DNA of 64,000 bases from Octopus sinensis (GCF_006345805.1 NC_043004.1:106950001-107014000); one strand, 5' to 3'; shown: positions 38,390 to 53,092, counted from the stretch's first letter. The notes: generated from the sequence alone by a model not told the origin. Program-made: numbers and translations.

Positions 38390-39133
38390 TAGAACAAGGG
38401 AGATTTTGGCTGCTTTTTCTAGAAGGTCTATTGGTCTTGCAGTGCATTCATTGCCAGCTCATAGTAACGGGGAATTTTACTTGGAGCTGTCAATCATTGT
38501 TCTTCTTTATGATAGAACGAATGTTTGTGTGACATCTGCTATTGTGAACAAATTTAATATAAAGTCAGCACAGCGCAGAATTCTAAGCGAGAGAAATCCA
38601 CTGCAACATAATGGGTGACGTATTTAAAGGTTCAAGTCCACATTCATCACACGGTTTTAGGCGAAATTAGATCGCTTGGTGATGAGTGAAGGTTCGAATC
38701 CTGTTAATGACTGTCTGTTTCAATATATCTCTCTTTGGTCTTCTGACCAAAACAGAAAGTAAATAAAAACTTCAAGAGACTAGATTCCAAGCAAGGTAGA
38801 TCGTAATTTCACTTACTGTGAACTTTGACTTTTATCAATGTCTCTGTTTTCTATTTTCAAGACTGCTGGAACTGAAATCTGAAAAACGTTGAAATAACAT
38901 CATTTTTAGATTTTGGTTCTGGCAAAACTTCATACTGATCTTCAAATGAAGCTTCGAGTCAAATCCATTGCCCAAATACAGTTCATTTCTCTTCAAGAAA
39001 ATATTGCTTTAGTCACGCCTGTTCTTCAACATTTGTGCAATAAAACTAGCTTGCTACTGTCGGCACCACAAAAATAGTTCTGCTATATGCATTGTACAAT
39101 CTTATTGGTTTATTTGTATTATAAATTTGAACT

Positions 39134-39142
39134 TATATAAAA
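39134..39142 (+). promoter_or_regulatory. Possible TATA box upstream of the peptide gene
   Basis: TATATAAAA about 350 bp upstream of the ATG. A possible 5'UTR intron runs 39295-39437 (CAG|GTAAAA ... TTTAG). The background is AT-rich, so support is weak. Confidence 0.2.
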
Positions 39143-39486
39143 CTACTTTGGATGAGTCCATTTCTAGCTTGCAACAAACATGTTACCACCTGCTTTCTCA
39201 CGCACAAAGAAAATGAAAATAAAACCATCTCGGATGAACAGAAATACGCAATTTATGATAAGTACAACAGGTGACTGTATTATATATCAGCTGTCAGGTA
39301 AAAACAGGTTGTAATAAATCTCAAATGTAACAAAAAGACGATGGACTGGAATAAAAGAAGGAAGCGATAACAGAAGCAGATTTGTTTTGCTTCTATTCAC
39401 TTCCAAGTGGAACTTTGGATAAAATAATTGTATTTAGAAAGAACATCAATATCTGCAAGAATTTGATAGATTAAGCGAAACGAACC

Positions 39487-39535
39487 ATGCACAATTTTGG
39501 TTTTATACTCACCGTTGCCGTTCTTCTAACTGCGG
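39487..39535 (+). CDS. Coding exon 1 of a secreted WAP-like peptide (signal peptide MHNFGFILTVAVLLTA)
   Basis: AACCATG start context, hydrophobic stretch, donor G|GTAAAT. Phase 1 matches the next exon. Confidence 0.7.
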
Positions 39536-39737
39536 GTAAATATCCTTCTTAATTGTGCTTTCGGTTTCAATACTTAAAGACTGTATATTCATCTGCCCAT
39601 GATTACCCACATGTGTGTATGTATGTGTGTGTGTATGTGTATGTGTGTATGTGTATAATATAATATGCGTGCATGTATGTATGTATATGTCTACGTATAT
39701 ATATATATATATATATGGCTATATATATGCATATGCA

Positions 39738-39771
<34 letters not shown>

Positions 39772-39965
39772 TATATATATGCATATGCACGCATATGTAC
39801 ACATACATGTATATATGTATATATGCGTACCTATCTGTGTATGTATAGTAATCTTGTGTAAATTTATATTTAACACGCTCATCTGCAATCACCATTTATA
39901 TTATATATGCACATATAAATATATACATATATGTATATACATCATATATGTATAATATTTTCTAG

Positions 39966-40015
39966 CAAAAACTGTCCGACGAACGGGTACGTGAAACTCA
40001 GAGTAACAGGTTTTG
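39966..40015 (+). ncRNA. Minimal type I hammerhead ribozyme, core CCGACGA
   Basis: Stem I CAAAA-CTGT/ACAG-TTTTG, stem II ACG-GGTA-CGT, GAAA, stem III ACTC-A-GAGT, GUA triplet ending at 40005. Confidence 0.8.
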
Positions 40016-40110
40016 TTGAATTTTCTGCTGCTTTTAAATAAAGCATATTACTCTACCACTGGTATTTGAGTACTCTTATTTCCATTGTTTCACATTTATG
40101 TGTTTACTCC

Positions 40111-40173
<63 letters not shown>

Positions 40174-40215
40174 ATATATATACACACACATATATATATA
40201 TGTGTATGTATGTAC

Positions 40216-40311
<96 letters not shown>

Positions 40312-40778
40312 GTATATATACAGTTATGTCTGGGGAGGGTCATTGATTGAAATAAACTCACACGCACACACCTAAACATACACACTGACGCTTACCTATT
40401 CAAAACACAATCTACTACGCCACACAGGCGCACGCACACTCACATCTGAACGCACGCACCTAAGTAAACATACATACATCTACACACACAGGCATAAGAC
40501 TAGTTCTCAGACAGACATAAAGCAGATATGGAAGAGTGAGGGCATGTCGTTGATGAGAAAGAACTCTGACGGAGAAAATTAACAACTGATCGATTGTTCA
40601 ATCAACACTTTCAAGAAACCACTGATTAGTTAGTTGGTAAAATAAAGAAGTGGTATTGGACTTGTGCGCGTGTTTTAATTCTTATTGGCATAATGACCCT
40701 ACCTAAACACAAGATTTATTTCAGCATACGAATTCATATCAAGTGCCTTGCGTACAAAATTCAAAAACGACGCATGTG

Positions 40779-40831
<53 letters not shown>

Positions 40832-40832
<1 letters not shown>

Positions 40833-41196
40833 GGAGTGGCTGTGTGGTAAGTAGCTTGCTAACCAACCACACGGTTGCGGGTTCAGTCCCACTGCGTGGC
40901 ATCTTGGGCAAGTGTCTTCTGCTATAGCCCCAGGCCGACCAATGCCTTGTGAGTGGATTTGGTAGACGGAAACTGAAAGAAGCCTGTCGTATATATGTAT
41001 ATATATGTATATGTGTGTGTGTTTGTGTGTCTGTGTTTGTCCCCCTAGCATTGCTTGACAACCGATGCTGGTGTGTTTAGGTCCCCGTCACTTAGCGGTT
41101 CGGCAAAAAGAGACCGATAGAATAAGTACTAAAAGGTGGTGCTCCAGCATGGCCGCAGTCAAATGACTGAAACAAGTAAAAGAGTAAAGAGTAAGA
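40832..41196 (+). mobile_element. SINE family 1 subtype with a ~41-bp tail deletion
   Basis: GAATAAGTACT|AAAAGGTGGTGCTCC junction; near-identical to 53093-53469. Confidence 0.92.
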
Positions 41197-41391
41197 GAAT
41201 AATAATAATAGGGAATATTATATTGTGTAGCCTTTTTACCAATTATATACTTTTTATTTATTATTTTGTACTTTACTTAATTATTGGTATATTTATCGTA
41301 TATTTAATTTTTTTTCTATATGGTATAATTTAATTATATCATTGTTATTTCATTGTTGAATTGATAAAAGGTGGTTTTCTCTAATTTATAT

Positions 41392-41827
<436 letters not shown>

Positions 41828-41852
41828 CACACATATATATATATATATAATT

Positions 41853-42096
41853 TTTACTTGCGGCCATGCTGGAGTAACACCTTAAAGAGTTTTAGTTGAA
41901 GAAATCAACCCCAGGACTTATTCTTTGTAAGCCTAGAACTTATTCTGTCATGTTCTTTTGCCGACCCGTCAAGTAACGGGTATATAAACACACTAACATC
42001 GGTTGTCAAGCGATGGTGGGGGGTTAAACACAGACACAAAGGCATACACACGCACACGCACGCACACACACACACACACACACACGCACACACAGA

Positions 42097-42160
<64 letters not shown>

Positions 42161-42912
42161 CACACGACGGGCTTCTTTCAGTTTCCGTCTACCAAATCCA
42201 CTCATAAGGCTTTGGTCAGTCCGAAGCTATACTAAAAGATACTTGCCCAAGGTGCCACGCAGAGGGGCTGAACCTGAAACCATGTGGTTGGGAAGGAAGT
42301 TTCTTATTTCTTTATTGCCCACAAGGGGCTAAACATAGAAGAGACAAACAAAGGGATTAACTCGATTACATCGACACCAGTGCACAACTGGTACTTAATT
42401 TATCGACCCGAAAGGATGAATGGCAAAGTCGACCTCGGAGGAATTTGAACTCAGGACGTAACGGCAGACGAAATACCTATTTCTTTGCTACCCACAAGGG
42501 GCTAAACACAGAGAAGACAAACAAGGACAGACAAACGGATTAAGTCGATTATATCTACCCCAGTGCGTAACTGGTACTTATTCAATCGACCCCGAAGAAA
42601 TGAAAGACATAGTGGACCTCGGCGGAATTTGAGCTCAGAACGTAGCGGCAAACGAAATACCTATTTCCTTACTACCCACAAGGAGCTAAACACAGAGGGG
42701 ACAAACAAGAACAGACAAACGGATTAAGTCGATTACATCGACCCCAGTGCGTAACTGGTATTTAATTTATCGACCCCGAAATGATGAAAGGCAAAGTCGA
42801 CCTCGGCTGAATTTGAACTCAGAACGTAGCGGCAGACGAAATACTGCTAAGCATTTCGCCCGGTGTGCTAACGTTTCTGCCAGCTCACCGCCTTCTTACC
42901 ACACAGCCACGC
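41853..42912 (-). mobile_element. SINE family 1 with a SINE family 2 trimer inserted in its head
   Basis: The head resumes at ACCACACAGCCAC after 42897. Confidence 0.85.
42306..42892 (-). mobile_element. SINE family 2 trimer
   Basis: Junctions ACGAAATAC|CTATTTC at about 42476 and 42660; short TTCTT duplication at the flanks. Confidence 0.9.
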
Positions 42913-43199
42913 CTGACTAAAGAATAAACAGTTATCATATGGACTTCATTAGCTCACAGCTGTTTCAGCTATAAGATGCAGTGGACTCATATCTGACTGC
43001 TTGAGTAACATCTTGAAGCTTCATCAGAGCCTCGAATATGACATGCAGTTTATTTAGGAAAAATGTAATCCTTTTCCCAAATAAATTGCACTTTACATTC
43101 GAGGCCCTGCAGAAGCTATAAGTTGTTACTCAAACCCTCGACTATAAGATAAAGGTTTATTCCTTTGTGATCTTATCTTCTTATAACCATTCTGTACTC

Positions 43200-44310
43200 A
43201 ACAAACAAAGACAAGTAGTGTAGACAGCAAACACATGTATTAGTTTAACGCTCGGGAAGCGAAAAAGTCTATAATATTTCGACCCTACGCTCTTCTACAA
43301 AAAAGGAACACAGAAAGAAACAAGGAGAGAAAATAAAGAATGTGTAGTGATAGCGATCTATCATGACGTGTGCCGGACAGAAGGGTCACACAGAAGAGCT
43401 AGGAAGAAGGGGAGATAATAAAGTAGTGGTGATCCCAAAACGAAGGTGCGTGTGCGTGTGTATGAGAGAGTATGTATTTGCGTGTGGAAGAGGGCTGGTG
43501 ACCTTGACGTGTGCGTGTGTATATGTGTAGGTGTGAAGATGTGGGGCTGGGAAGTGGTCAGTACTAGTGTGTGCGCGGTGGTGTGATGTGATGTGATGTT
43601 GTGTGGTATGGTGGTGTATGGTGTAGTGGTGTGTGGTGTGGTGTGATGGTGTTGACAGGTGGAGGAGGCGAGAGTGGGGAAAGCAAAGGTGGGGTGGAGG
43701 TAGGCAGAGGGTGGTGGTAGAGGTGGGGTATGTGGGAGTGGGTGCAAAGGGATGGGGCGGGGTGAGATGGGAAGGATATGGAAGGTGGGGTTGGAATGTG
43801 TAGTGGTGGGTGGGGTTACGAGGGAGGGGTAACGATGAAGGGGGAAGGAGAAGGTGGGTAGGAGTGAAGAGGAGAGAAGGAGAGTAGGAGTGAAGAGAAG
43901 CAGTAGGAGTCGGAGTAAGAGAGGAGAGGTGGGTGGGAAGAAGTAGGTGTGAAGGGGAGAGAGGCGAGGGAGGAGGTTAAATGAAGAGGGGAGGAGAGTT
44001 AAGCCCATGTGGTGCAAAGGAGCGAAGAGAGAAGATTAATCTCTGTTCACGGTGCAAACGGGAGTCCGGATGGCCCCTGTGCAAGGACAATCCGAACACG
44101 GACAGGTGTTGCAAAGAGTGATCGGTTGAGCGGAAATGGCGCGAGACCGGGGTTTCTTGCCGAGTCGGATGTCTTGGAGGTGTTCCGCGAACCGGTCAGC
44201 CAAGCAACGTCCCGTTTGCCCGATGTATAAAGAAGGGCAGAGAGAGCAGGAGATGCAGTAGATGACATTGGTAGAAGTGAGAAGGAGTCGGTGATGTGAT
44301 AGGATTGATG
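43200..44310 (-). mobile_element. Penelope-like element 3' part: GIY-YIG endonuclease, pyrimidine-rich 3' region and decayed hammerhead end
   Basis: NVIYCISCSLCPSLYIGQTGRCLADRFAEHL, a frameshift, then VSRHF...REQRLIFSL..FAPHGLN (43970-44310). Terminal motif GTAGAAGAGCGTAGG.TCGAAA near 43277-43300. Confidence 0.85.
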
Positions 44311-44923
44311 ATGGGTAGAATGTTACTCGTTATTTGACGGGCAACTTTGGGAAAATATTTTTGGCACCATGGGTAATATCAGGAAATATGACATATCTAC
44401 AAAAGTTATTAAAAATTTAACTTCTATTAAATTTCTTGGTGCTTAAGCAAAATAATGAAATGAATACTAATGTTCAAAAGACTAATATTTATTGCCTTAA
44501 TATATGATTACATAAAACAGTATTCAAAAGGGAAATGAAAGCAAAATCACTCTCCGAATTAATCTATTACGTTATGGAAATTCACACGCGCACACTTATG
44601 TATGTATGTTCCCTCTGCTGTTCTTCCTCAGTCGCTGATTTTCCCTCACTGCGTATGTCTGTATGTGTGTACTATTCCCATGTGCAGTCACCCAGCACCT
44701 CATATACTAACTCTCTCCGTATCTCTCCTTTACTCTCTCTCTCTCTCTCTCTTTCTTATGTATGTATATGTGTGTGTATACATACATACATATATATACA
44801 TGTGATCTCTTAAGCACCACCAGCTCAAATATTTTCTCCTCTGTCTTCCCTCTTTGGGATCTTTCCTTCTCCTTGTTTCCGACGAAGAGCTTCCTTCACT
44901 TGTCTTCGTCTTTTGTTTTCTGT

Positions 44924-45028
<105 letters not shown>

Positions 45029-45689
45029 TAATATCTTTCTTCAAGACCTACGCACGTTTCCGCTTGAAACTGGTGCACACTGTTAAATATGCGTCTTGGT
45101 GTTAATTATCGTTGCAACTTCATCAGGATCTACTTCAACTGTTGGTCGGATATCATCTGAAGATAGTATAAGCTTAACTAAAATTATTCTCTAATGTGGT
45201 GTTGGCCTTACTAAAAATACTCATATATTTCGTGAACTTTATGTTACCCTGGTTACTTCAGAACTTATTGCTACTTTCTATCTTAGATTAAGTTAATGCT
45301 CAAGAATTTTCCTATGGTTCTTAATTCATGTTCTAGCCTACCATTCACCCTATGTAGAATAGTAATTTTTTTTTCCAAATGTATTAAACTGTTCTTTGTT
45401 TTTTATGTTGATATTATTATTAAACTATGGGTCTATTATTTTCTTGTTATTTTGAAATTTAATTTAAATTAATATTTTCCTTGTAATTAATTTTATTCAA
45501 CTTAAACTTTGTTTTCAAATTTTGAAAATTTTTTCAGTTTAATTTATGTAGGAGTTTACATTTTTGTTCATTATTTGTTATAATTTACTTACTTCTAATT
45601 CAAATTTTGGTTGGTCATATGATACAATTATTTAAACCTCTGAAAGGTATATTTCGATTGGTGAACACACCATGTTTCGCTTTCTTGTC

Positions 45690-46060
45690 TATGGTTTATC
45701 GATTTAGATTTTAAGGAAAAGAATTTAGTAAAATTTCTTCTACACACATTTCACGGTTACTCCCTTTACTATATGGTTTAGTTCTACTAGTTATCTCCCA
45801 GCTAACTGTGTATGCTTTATTATTATCTTCTACCGACCAAATTATTTTACTTAAGATCGTATTATTTTTCTTATTTTTATCCCTAAACGATAGTTTGTGA
45901 TTAGCTTTTCTGCGTTTAATAAAGGTCTCGCTAATACCAATGTAGAAATACACCTGTCCTTCTGAAATTACTTTACATTTGTACACCGCATCTTTAATTT
46001 TGCAGTTTAATTTTAGCGGGCATGATTTATGCGTTGTACTATCACAATTCGTTTCTCCAT
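45690..46060 (-). mobile_element. Penelope-like (Neptune-type) GIY-YIG endonuclease remnant
   Basis: C...K.CPLKLNC....VYKCKV...YIGISETFIKRRKANHKLSF...T.LSKIIW...W.I motif set. Confidence 0.8.
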
Positions 46061-48093
46061 TATACTTATATTATCTCCTATTTTTATTTCATTATTTACG
46101 TTTGTTCTTTTTAAGTTCTAATTTATTTACTCTATTTTGATTTTCAACAATTTGGGCACAGTTTTCCGATATAGCGTTTGAATTAGTAGTCGTCACTTCT
46201 CTATCGTTAATTTCCCTGTTACTATATATTTGGTTATTATCTCTATTTTGATTACTTATTTTTTCAGTGCTGCCCTTTCTAGAAAGCATATTTACTCACT
46301 TTAATCCCTTCATAGGATTTTTATCAGTTGCTTCCTTTGCATTGTTTTCCTTATTGCAGTTATTTTTCATGATGTTACTTCTCTATCTAACACACTTATT
46401 TCGTTACTGTTAGATATTTGACAGATGTTTTGCCTTACAAGAATTTACGGAGCCGGCGAAATTTTGGTGTTTATGTTTTCTAGCAAAATGCACTGAAACT
46501 AACTTGAGAAACTCTTTAGCTATATTATTCGAATATTCAAGCTAAAATTTGGATTATACAATTTTCTTTATTCTGTTTCTTTGTTTTAGGAGCAAAAGGT
46601 CTGTTAGATATAAAACCTACTACGGTTAAATGCATCGCTACAGAAGTACGTAACTTTCTAAAAGCAACTATAGCTGAAGATAAAGATATGTGTCTACTAG
46701 AATCGGATACTAAATTATTGAAAATATCTGATCGACGATTGCTATAAAACATTATATTTGGGGACGGTCACATTTTGTCAATTAAACACACGCACTGTAT
46801 ACTTGATCTTCACTTCAGCTTTAGTATTACATTTTTTTAAAATTTTAGTTTCTTTATCAAAGTTCTTTCGTCACATCCTGTGATCTCTTCAGCGACTCTC
46901 TGTCCCATGTGTCACTTCTTGTTCTGCTTATTCCATTTTTGTAGTGAAGACCAAATATTTAGCGTATGTGTTGAAATAGCAAAATATGACCAATCCCAAG
47001 TGTAACAATATCTGCTTCAACATACGATTTCACATCAAGAATCTTGTAAAACAAAGCATAAACATATTATAAGGTAATCTGACATAAATTTCTGATAAAG
47101 GGAAAATATACTAGTATTTTATGTCAAGAAAATTAGCTTTTGCAAGGTTATTATTCTTAAATCTAATGCACTGAAGAACGAGGTAATATTTTTCTTAAAC
47201 TTATCTCATGTCCGTTCATGTTTCACTAGAGAAATGATTTATCATTATGATAAATGTATTTTTGTTATGTGCAAGATCTGGCAAGATTTGGGTTTTTTCA
47301 AACAAAATATTTGCTACGTAATTTTCAAACGACAAATCCAACTTTTAACGAATAGTTTCCAACACTTTCGTATCTTTTGTTGTTACTTTTTGTTTCTGAT
47401 TTTCGTATCTTTTACTTTCTTTGCTTTGTCAAATGCAGACCGTTTGTTATAGACACGAGCGGAGAGCGAATTGTGTGTTTTGAAAGGTTACAACAATTAT
47501 CCAATATCAGATTTATACTCGCTGAGACTGAAATATCGGTGGAGAAGCTAAAACAAATTAAATGAAAACTGTTCTTTAGTCAACAACAGATAAAAAAAAT
47601 TAATCTATTTTTCAAAACCCATCACAACTTAAAAGGGAAGATCTCTTTAGGAAGATCATATATTAACCATTAAAATCTTTATATAACTGAATGTTTTGAA
47701 ATTTCATTTGCCAAGACACCATTCCTCAACACAATCTGAACGCATCGCCAATATAAAACGTTAAAATTTTTAAAAACTTATTATATACCTTAATAGGTGT
47801 GTACACTGAATAATTTCATATATACCCTGAAAATGGCATAAACGTTTGAATTAAATTTTAATTATACTTTCGTTAATTTGTATTCTGTCAAAACCTAAAC
47901 GCTTATGTCTATTCCCATTGTCTTTATATACCTATTTTATTAGTCTTTTACATCTGTTTCTGTTGGCTAAATCTGAAGTAACGAGGAGTACCCGAGGCAT
48001 TCACAAGTTCTCTGAGATCAATGAGATTTGTTCACTTCCCTTAAAACTTTTGTAAGTCGACGACTGCAGGAATGGTGTGAGTGTGTGTGTGTG

Positions 48094-48163
<70 letters not shown>

Positions 48164-49330
48164 ATGTTGGACTTCCTGATGCGGAAGTAATGAATGTAGT
48201 GGTTAGGGCAAGGACCTAGTAGGTGGAAGCAATACAGGTGACGAGCAGGCAAGAGATGTCTGAGTGGAAGGGAATAAGGCCAGCCAACCCCAAGGAGTAG
48301 AGACAGAGATAATGCCGCTAAGCATTTCGTCCGGCTTGCTAACGACTCTGCCAGCTCGCCGCCTTATAAAACCTCTATAAGCCCAAATTGAGGTCAATAA
48401 CAGAGTACTGCTTCCATATCTTTGAAAATACAGCTGTCTCAGACATATTTGATTAGCATAAAGTTACTGACAAGTTGCAGTATATAAATTCCTAGCGATA
48501 TCTGAAGAAGGAATTTTTATATTCCGAAATATTATATCATATCAGACTATGAATAATTAAATTATAGCAGTTATTATAGTCCACTCTGCCTTGTTGTGCT
48601 ATTCAAGACACGTTATATTTCATAACCATTAAGTGTTTCATTCAGTTTCATATATGGGAGAAGTAAATAGTGACATGATTTTTATTGGTAGTATACAAGG
48701 TTAAAGTCTCTGCGAACCAATTTCTGCGGTCAAAAGCTTCATTGTTAGTTTTACTTATTTCATATATTCCACTAATAAATATGAGAGAAATACGAACCTT
48801 TTCACTGCCACTTTTTTTTTTTCACTGGAAAGTCAAGCAACTAAATTTCTTCGTTATACTTGGGCATCGTGTAAATAGGTGTAGCCGTGGATGTGTGGCA
48901 TGACGTGTGCTTTCCAACCATGTGGTTTCAAGTACAGTCCCACAGCACGACACCTTGACCAAGTGTCTTCTATTTTTAGCCCCAGGACAGCCAGAGCCTG
49001 ATGCATGGATTTAGTAGGCGGAAACTGAAAAAATCCCGTCGTATATGTCTGTGTAGGAGAGTTTGCTTTTGTGCTTGCTCCACCCCGCTTGACAACCGGC
49101 TTTGGTCAGTTTACGAACCCGTAAGTTAGTTGTTCTGCAAAAAAAAGCACGGAAAAAATCAGTACCAGACTTTAAAAATAAGGTCGATTTGTTCCTGTAA
49201 ACCCTTTAAGGATTGACCGCAACCCAACGACTAACACAAGTAAAAGACAAAAGGCTGTAATTTGATTTTATTACATCGAACATTTCTACACCAGTTTGAA
49301 CTCGTCTAATTGTTTCATTTACTTGAACAG

Positions 49331-49420
49331 ATTTTGTTCATCCTGCCAGCATCGGAAATTGCCCGGTGGTCAAGCATTCTCCAAAAACAAAATGCGAAAC
49401 CAACGAAGATTGTCCAAAAG
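49331..49420 (+). CDS. Coding exon 2 of the WAP-like peptide: (D)FVHPASIGNCPVVKHSPKTKCETNEDCPK
   Basis: Acceptor TTTACTTGAACAG, donor AAG|GTAAGT, 90 nt, phase 1-1, open frame with GxCP and C-x5-CP. Confidence 0.85.
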
Positions 49421-50296
49421 GTAAGTTTCCATTAAATGTGATTTACATATTTTTTCGTGAAGGTGAGTGGCCTACTGGTTAGGGTGTTGAGCTCACGATC
49501 ATTTCAAGATCGTGGTTTCGATTCCTGGACAGGGCGGTACATTGTGTTCTTGAACTAAAACACTCCATTTCACATTCCTTCATTTCATACAGCTATAAAT
49601 GGGTCACCCTGTGACGGACTTGTGTTCAGAAAGAATATTGTGATCTTAGTCATTTGTTTGCCATGGAAACGGGCTAACCGGCGCCATGAGTCTTCGGACT
49701 TGATCTGGTAATGTCTAAGTAATTAACTAACATTTAACATAATAATTTTGTATAACAGATAGGGTGAATAGCGGAGACAGTCAATAAACAACAATTAACA
49801 AACATCAGGAAATTAAACAGACTTTGGTTCTTTGATGTCTAAGTTTCGTAACTCTTAAGCATAAATCTAACCTTGATCTTTCTTGAAAGCATAACTAACG
49901 TTTTGTCCTAACTTATCATTAGACGCGAAATCCTATTAAACATTAATCTAACCTGACACTAAGCATTAATCCAACAACAAAACATTTCTATATAGCAATG
50001 GAAACTGGATTGCTATCTGTCAAGGCGGATCACATGGTGCTATCAGAAATGTCATTAGAACTGGTACTGAAATTCCAACGACATGAAATCCACCACAAAA
50101 GATCCCAGTCTTACATATACTATTATTATTTTCTAATTTTGTCAGATGATAGCCGTCTCCCATTAACCCTGATTGTTCTGATTTACTTTCATAAATACAT
50201 GGCTTATGACGCTACAAATCCATCGTCATAGAGTATCAGAAAATACAAAACGGATCAAGAAATGAAAGGATAATGAAACATCTTTGCGACATTGGA

Positions 50297-50542
50297 TCAA
50301 AGTGAAAAAAGGTTGTGCCGCATTTCCGCCACTCTCTCGGTCTCGGTCCCCAGAGCAGGCCCCAGTGCCAAGCATTGCATGATGACTGGTACTATTTTGT
50401 CTGCAAGTTTTATGTCAGTGTGTCTTTCTCCAAGAAGGGCTGCCTTCCCCAGGACTTTGTCAAAAGTAACAGGTGCCTCCTCTACCCCTAGGAAATCTAT
50501 TTTACCCATAGTCGGGACCCATTTTTCCGGGTCAGAGCAAAC
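50297..50542 (-). other. Unassigned 81-aa open frame behind a splice-acceptor-like site, antisense to the peptide gene intron
   Basis: TTATTCGTAG|VCSDPEKWVPTMGKIDFLGVEEAPVTFDKVLGKAALLGERH...NLFSL*. Non-repetitive and GC-richer than its flanks; family not recognised. Confidence 0.3.
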
Positions 50543-50649
50543 CTACGAATAATAGTAATTAAGGAGTGAATCCACGCTCTCCTTTCACAACTTCAGAGGT
50601 CCCGAACCAGAAACTCACAACCAGATGCTGTTTAATGTCATACTCAGAA

Positions 50650-50651
50650 CA

Positions 50652-50682
<31 letters not shown>

Positions 50683-51085
50683 CAGTACACACATACACAC
50701 ACACGCATGCATACATACATACATACATGTATACATACATACATGTATACATACATACATACATACATACATACATACATACATACATACACACACACAT
50801 ACATACATACATACATACACACACATACATACATACATGCATACATACATGCATGCATACATACATACATACATACATACATACATACATACATACATAC
50901 ATACATACATACACACACACATACATGCATACATACATAAACACGCATACATACATACATACATAAACATGCATACATACATAAACACGCATACATACAT
51001 ACATACATACATACACACACACGCATGCATACATGCATACATACACATACGTATACATACATACACTCACGCATACATACGTGTG
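50650..51085. repeat. (CATA)n compound microsatellite
   Basis: Direct reading. Confidence 0.95.
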
Positions 51086-51998
51086 TGTCTGTGTGTACCA
51101 GCGAGGACCAGCTGAAGGGAAACTATATCTAGCCACTTAGAATAAAGAATTCAAAAGTAAGTTTCTTCCTTGCACTCTTGCCAGGAAAGAACTTGCACAG
51201 ACCTCACCGAGTCTTACACAGATGAAACTTAAGTGTATCAGCGAAAGATTCTGGGAAAATTAGAACAATTACATTGAAAAGAGACTTACCTCTCTTTTCT
51301 ACCTGCACGCATTTGATTGCTACGATGTCTCTTTAGATATACTTAGGTTGAGCGAAGTCACTGAGTCTGTCTACGTAACAGAATATAAGCTGGAAGTCCA
51401 AACAGAGTGACAGTTATGCATCATACACAAGAGGTACTCTTTTCCCACTTCTCTCAACCTTAATGTTTTCAACATGATTTAATTTCTAATTTAATTTTTT
51501 TTTATTTAAAATTTTTTTTTAATTTAATTATTAATTTACTTGCTCTTTTTTTTTATTATTCTATATATTCTTTCCATTCTTTTTTTTTTATCCCTCCTCA
51601 CTGCATGAAACTTACCATTTTGATCTACCTTATAAATGTGTGTGTATGTGTGTGAGAGAGAGAGAGAGAGATTTTTTTTAACCAAAACAACACAAATCAT
51701 GAAAAATTAATAATACATTTGGTTAGTACCCGGTATTTCAATATTTCAAAGTTAGAACCACTTCTTCAGAAAATTTACAAAAAAAAAGGTGCTTTTTTCT
51801 CGACTACCAACAGATTTTCTCCGTAAATCAAGAGGTCAGTTCTTTCCTCATAAATCTCTTAGTGTAAGAAAAGCTAAAACGATGGATCGAAGATTTGTTT
51901 GTCAACGTGAAAAATGTTAATTGGATTCCGTTTCTAATTAGGTATTCAATAGCTGTCCGATATACATACATACATACATACATACATACATACATACA

Positions 51999-52046
<48 letters not shown>

Positions 52047-52084
52047 CGTTTGGTTGGCGAGTTAAGAAATAATTGAGATTCAGT

Positions 52085-52968
52085 TGAATTAGGTACATAA
52101 GTTGAAGCACCAAGTCAGTCCGGTATTATCCGCACACCTCGAAGTAAGGTGAATAAAATCAAAATAAGCAACAGGATATCAAGAAGTGATGCAGTACGAC
52201 CGTTTCAAGCGGCTCCATTTAATTGAAAGTATATGAATGGAAAATTAAAATGATTCTATGTAATCTTGCCTTTTTAATTTTGAAAATATATATATACACA
52301 CATTTTACCTATTTTGGTTATATCATTTTTGATAATCTTAAATTTTATCTTTATCTAACATAACAATATCGTTTATAAACAATCACCCATAGTACCCCAT
52401 GATAAGATTTCTTCTGTATTAACACCATAGGTTTTATTAGCGTCTTGCCCTTTTAACAGGTAATTAACATCATGATTTAGGATCTTCCTCTACCCAGCCT
52501 CTTTTATAGACAGTTGCTTTATACCCAATTTACTACTCTTAATATCTTGACAATATTTATGACCATATCTAACAATGAGCTCTCCACTCACACTTGCTCT
52601 TCATTTCAAACAGACACAGTCTTCTAGTCTTAGATTTAGTAGTTGATAAAAAGACAAGTAAATTAGAAATGAACCACAATCCTTTACAATCTATGACCCC
52701 AGTGAGCTTCATGCCTTTCTTGGAAGTGTAGTCTATTCTTAGCTATAATAGCGACACCATGGGTTTCTTCCATCTTCTTGCTCTGTTAAAGTATTTGAGA
52801 AAAATTATATTAATATGTCAAACTGATTAAATTTCTATTTATTTGTGCAGCTGATGATAGCCCTGCATTTAAATTGATGCTATGATTGCATTGTTTAATT
52901 AAATGGAGCCGCTTAAAACGGTCGTACTGCATCACTTCATGGTATCCTGCTGCTAATTTTGATTTTAT
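52085..52968 (+). mobile_element. Penelope-like element with an inverted terminal segment
   Basis: Inverted repeat 52153-52224/52897-52968; the left end is homologous to 55490-55581. Confidence 0.65.
52845..52932 (+). ncRNA. Type I hammerhead, decayed copy (G12 changed to A)
   Basis: GTGCAG-CTGATGA-...GCTT-AAAA-CGGTCG-T-A-CTGCAT. The inverted partial copy near 52200 retains GAAA. Confidence 0.7.
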
Positions 52969-52997
52969 ATATATATACATGTGTGTGTGTTATATCT

Positions 52998-53029
<32 letters not shown>

Positions 53030-53092
53030 TGTATGTATGTATGTATGTATGTATGTATGTATGTATGCATGTATGTATGTATGTATGTATAT

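Noticed and set aside
45030-45135. CTGATGA...GAAACGT on the minus strand as a hammerhead
   Set aside because: The would-be stem I strands are direct, not inverted, repeats, and position 17 is G.
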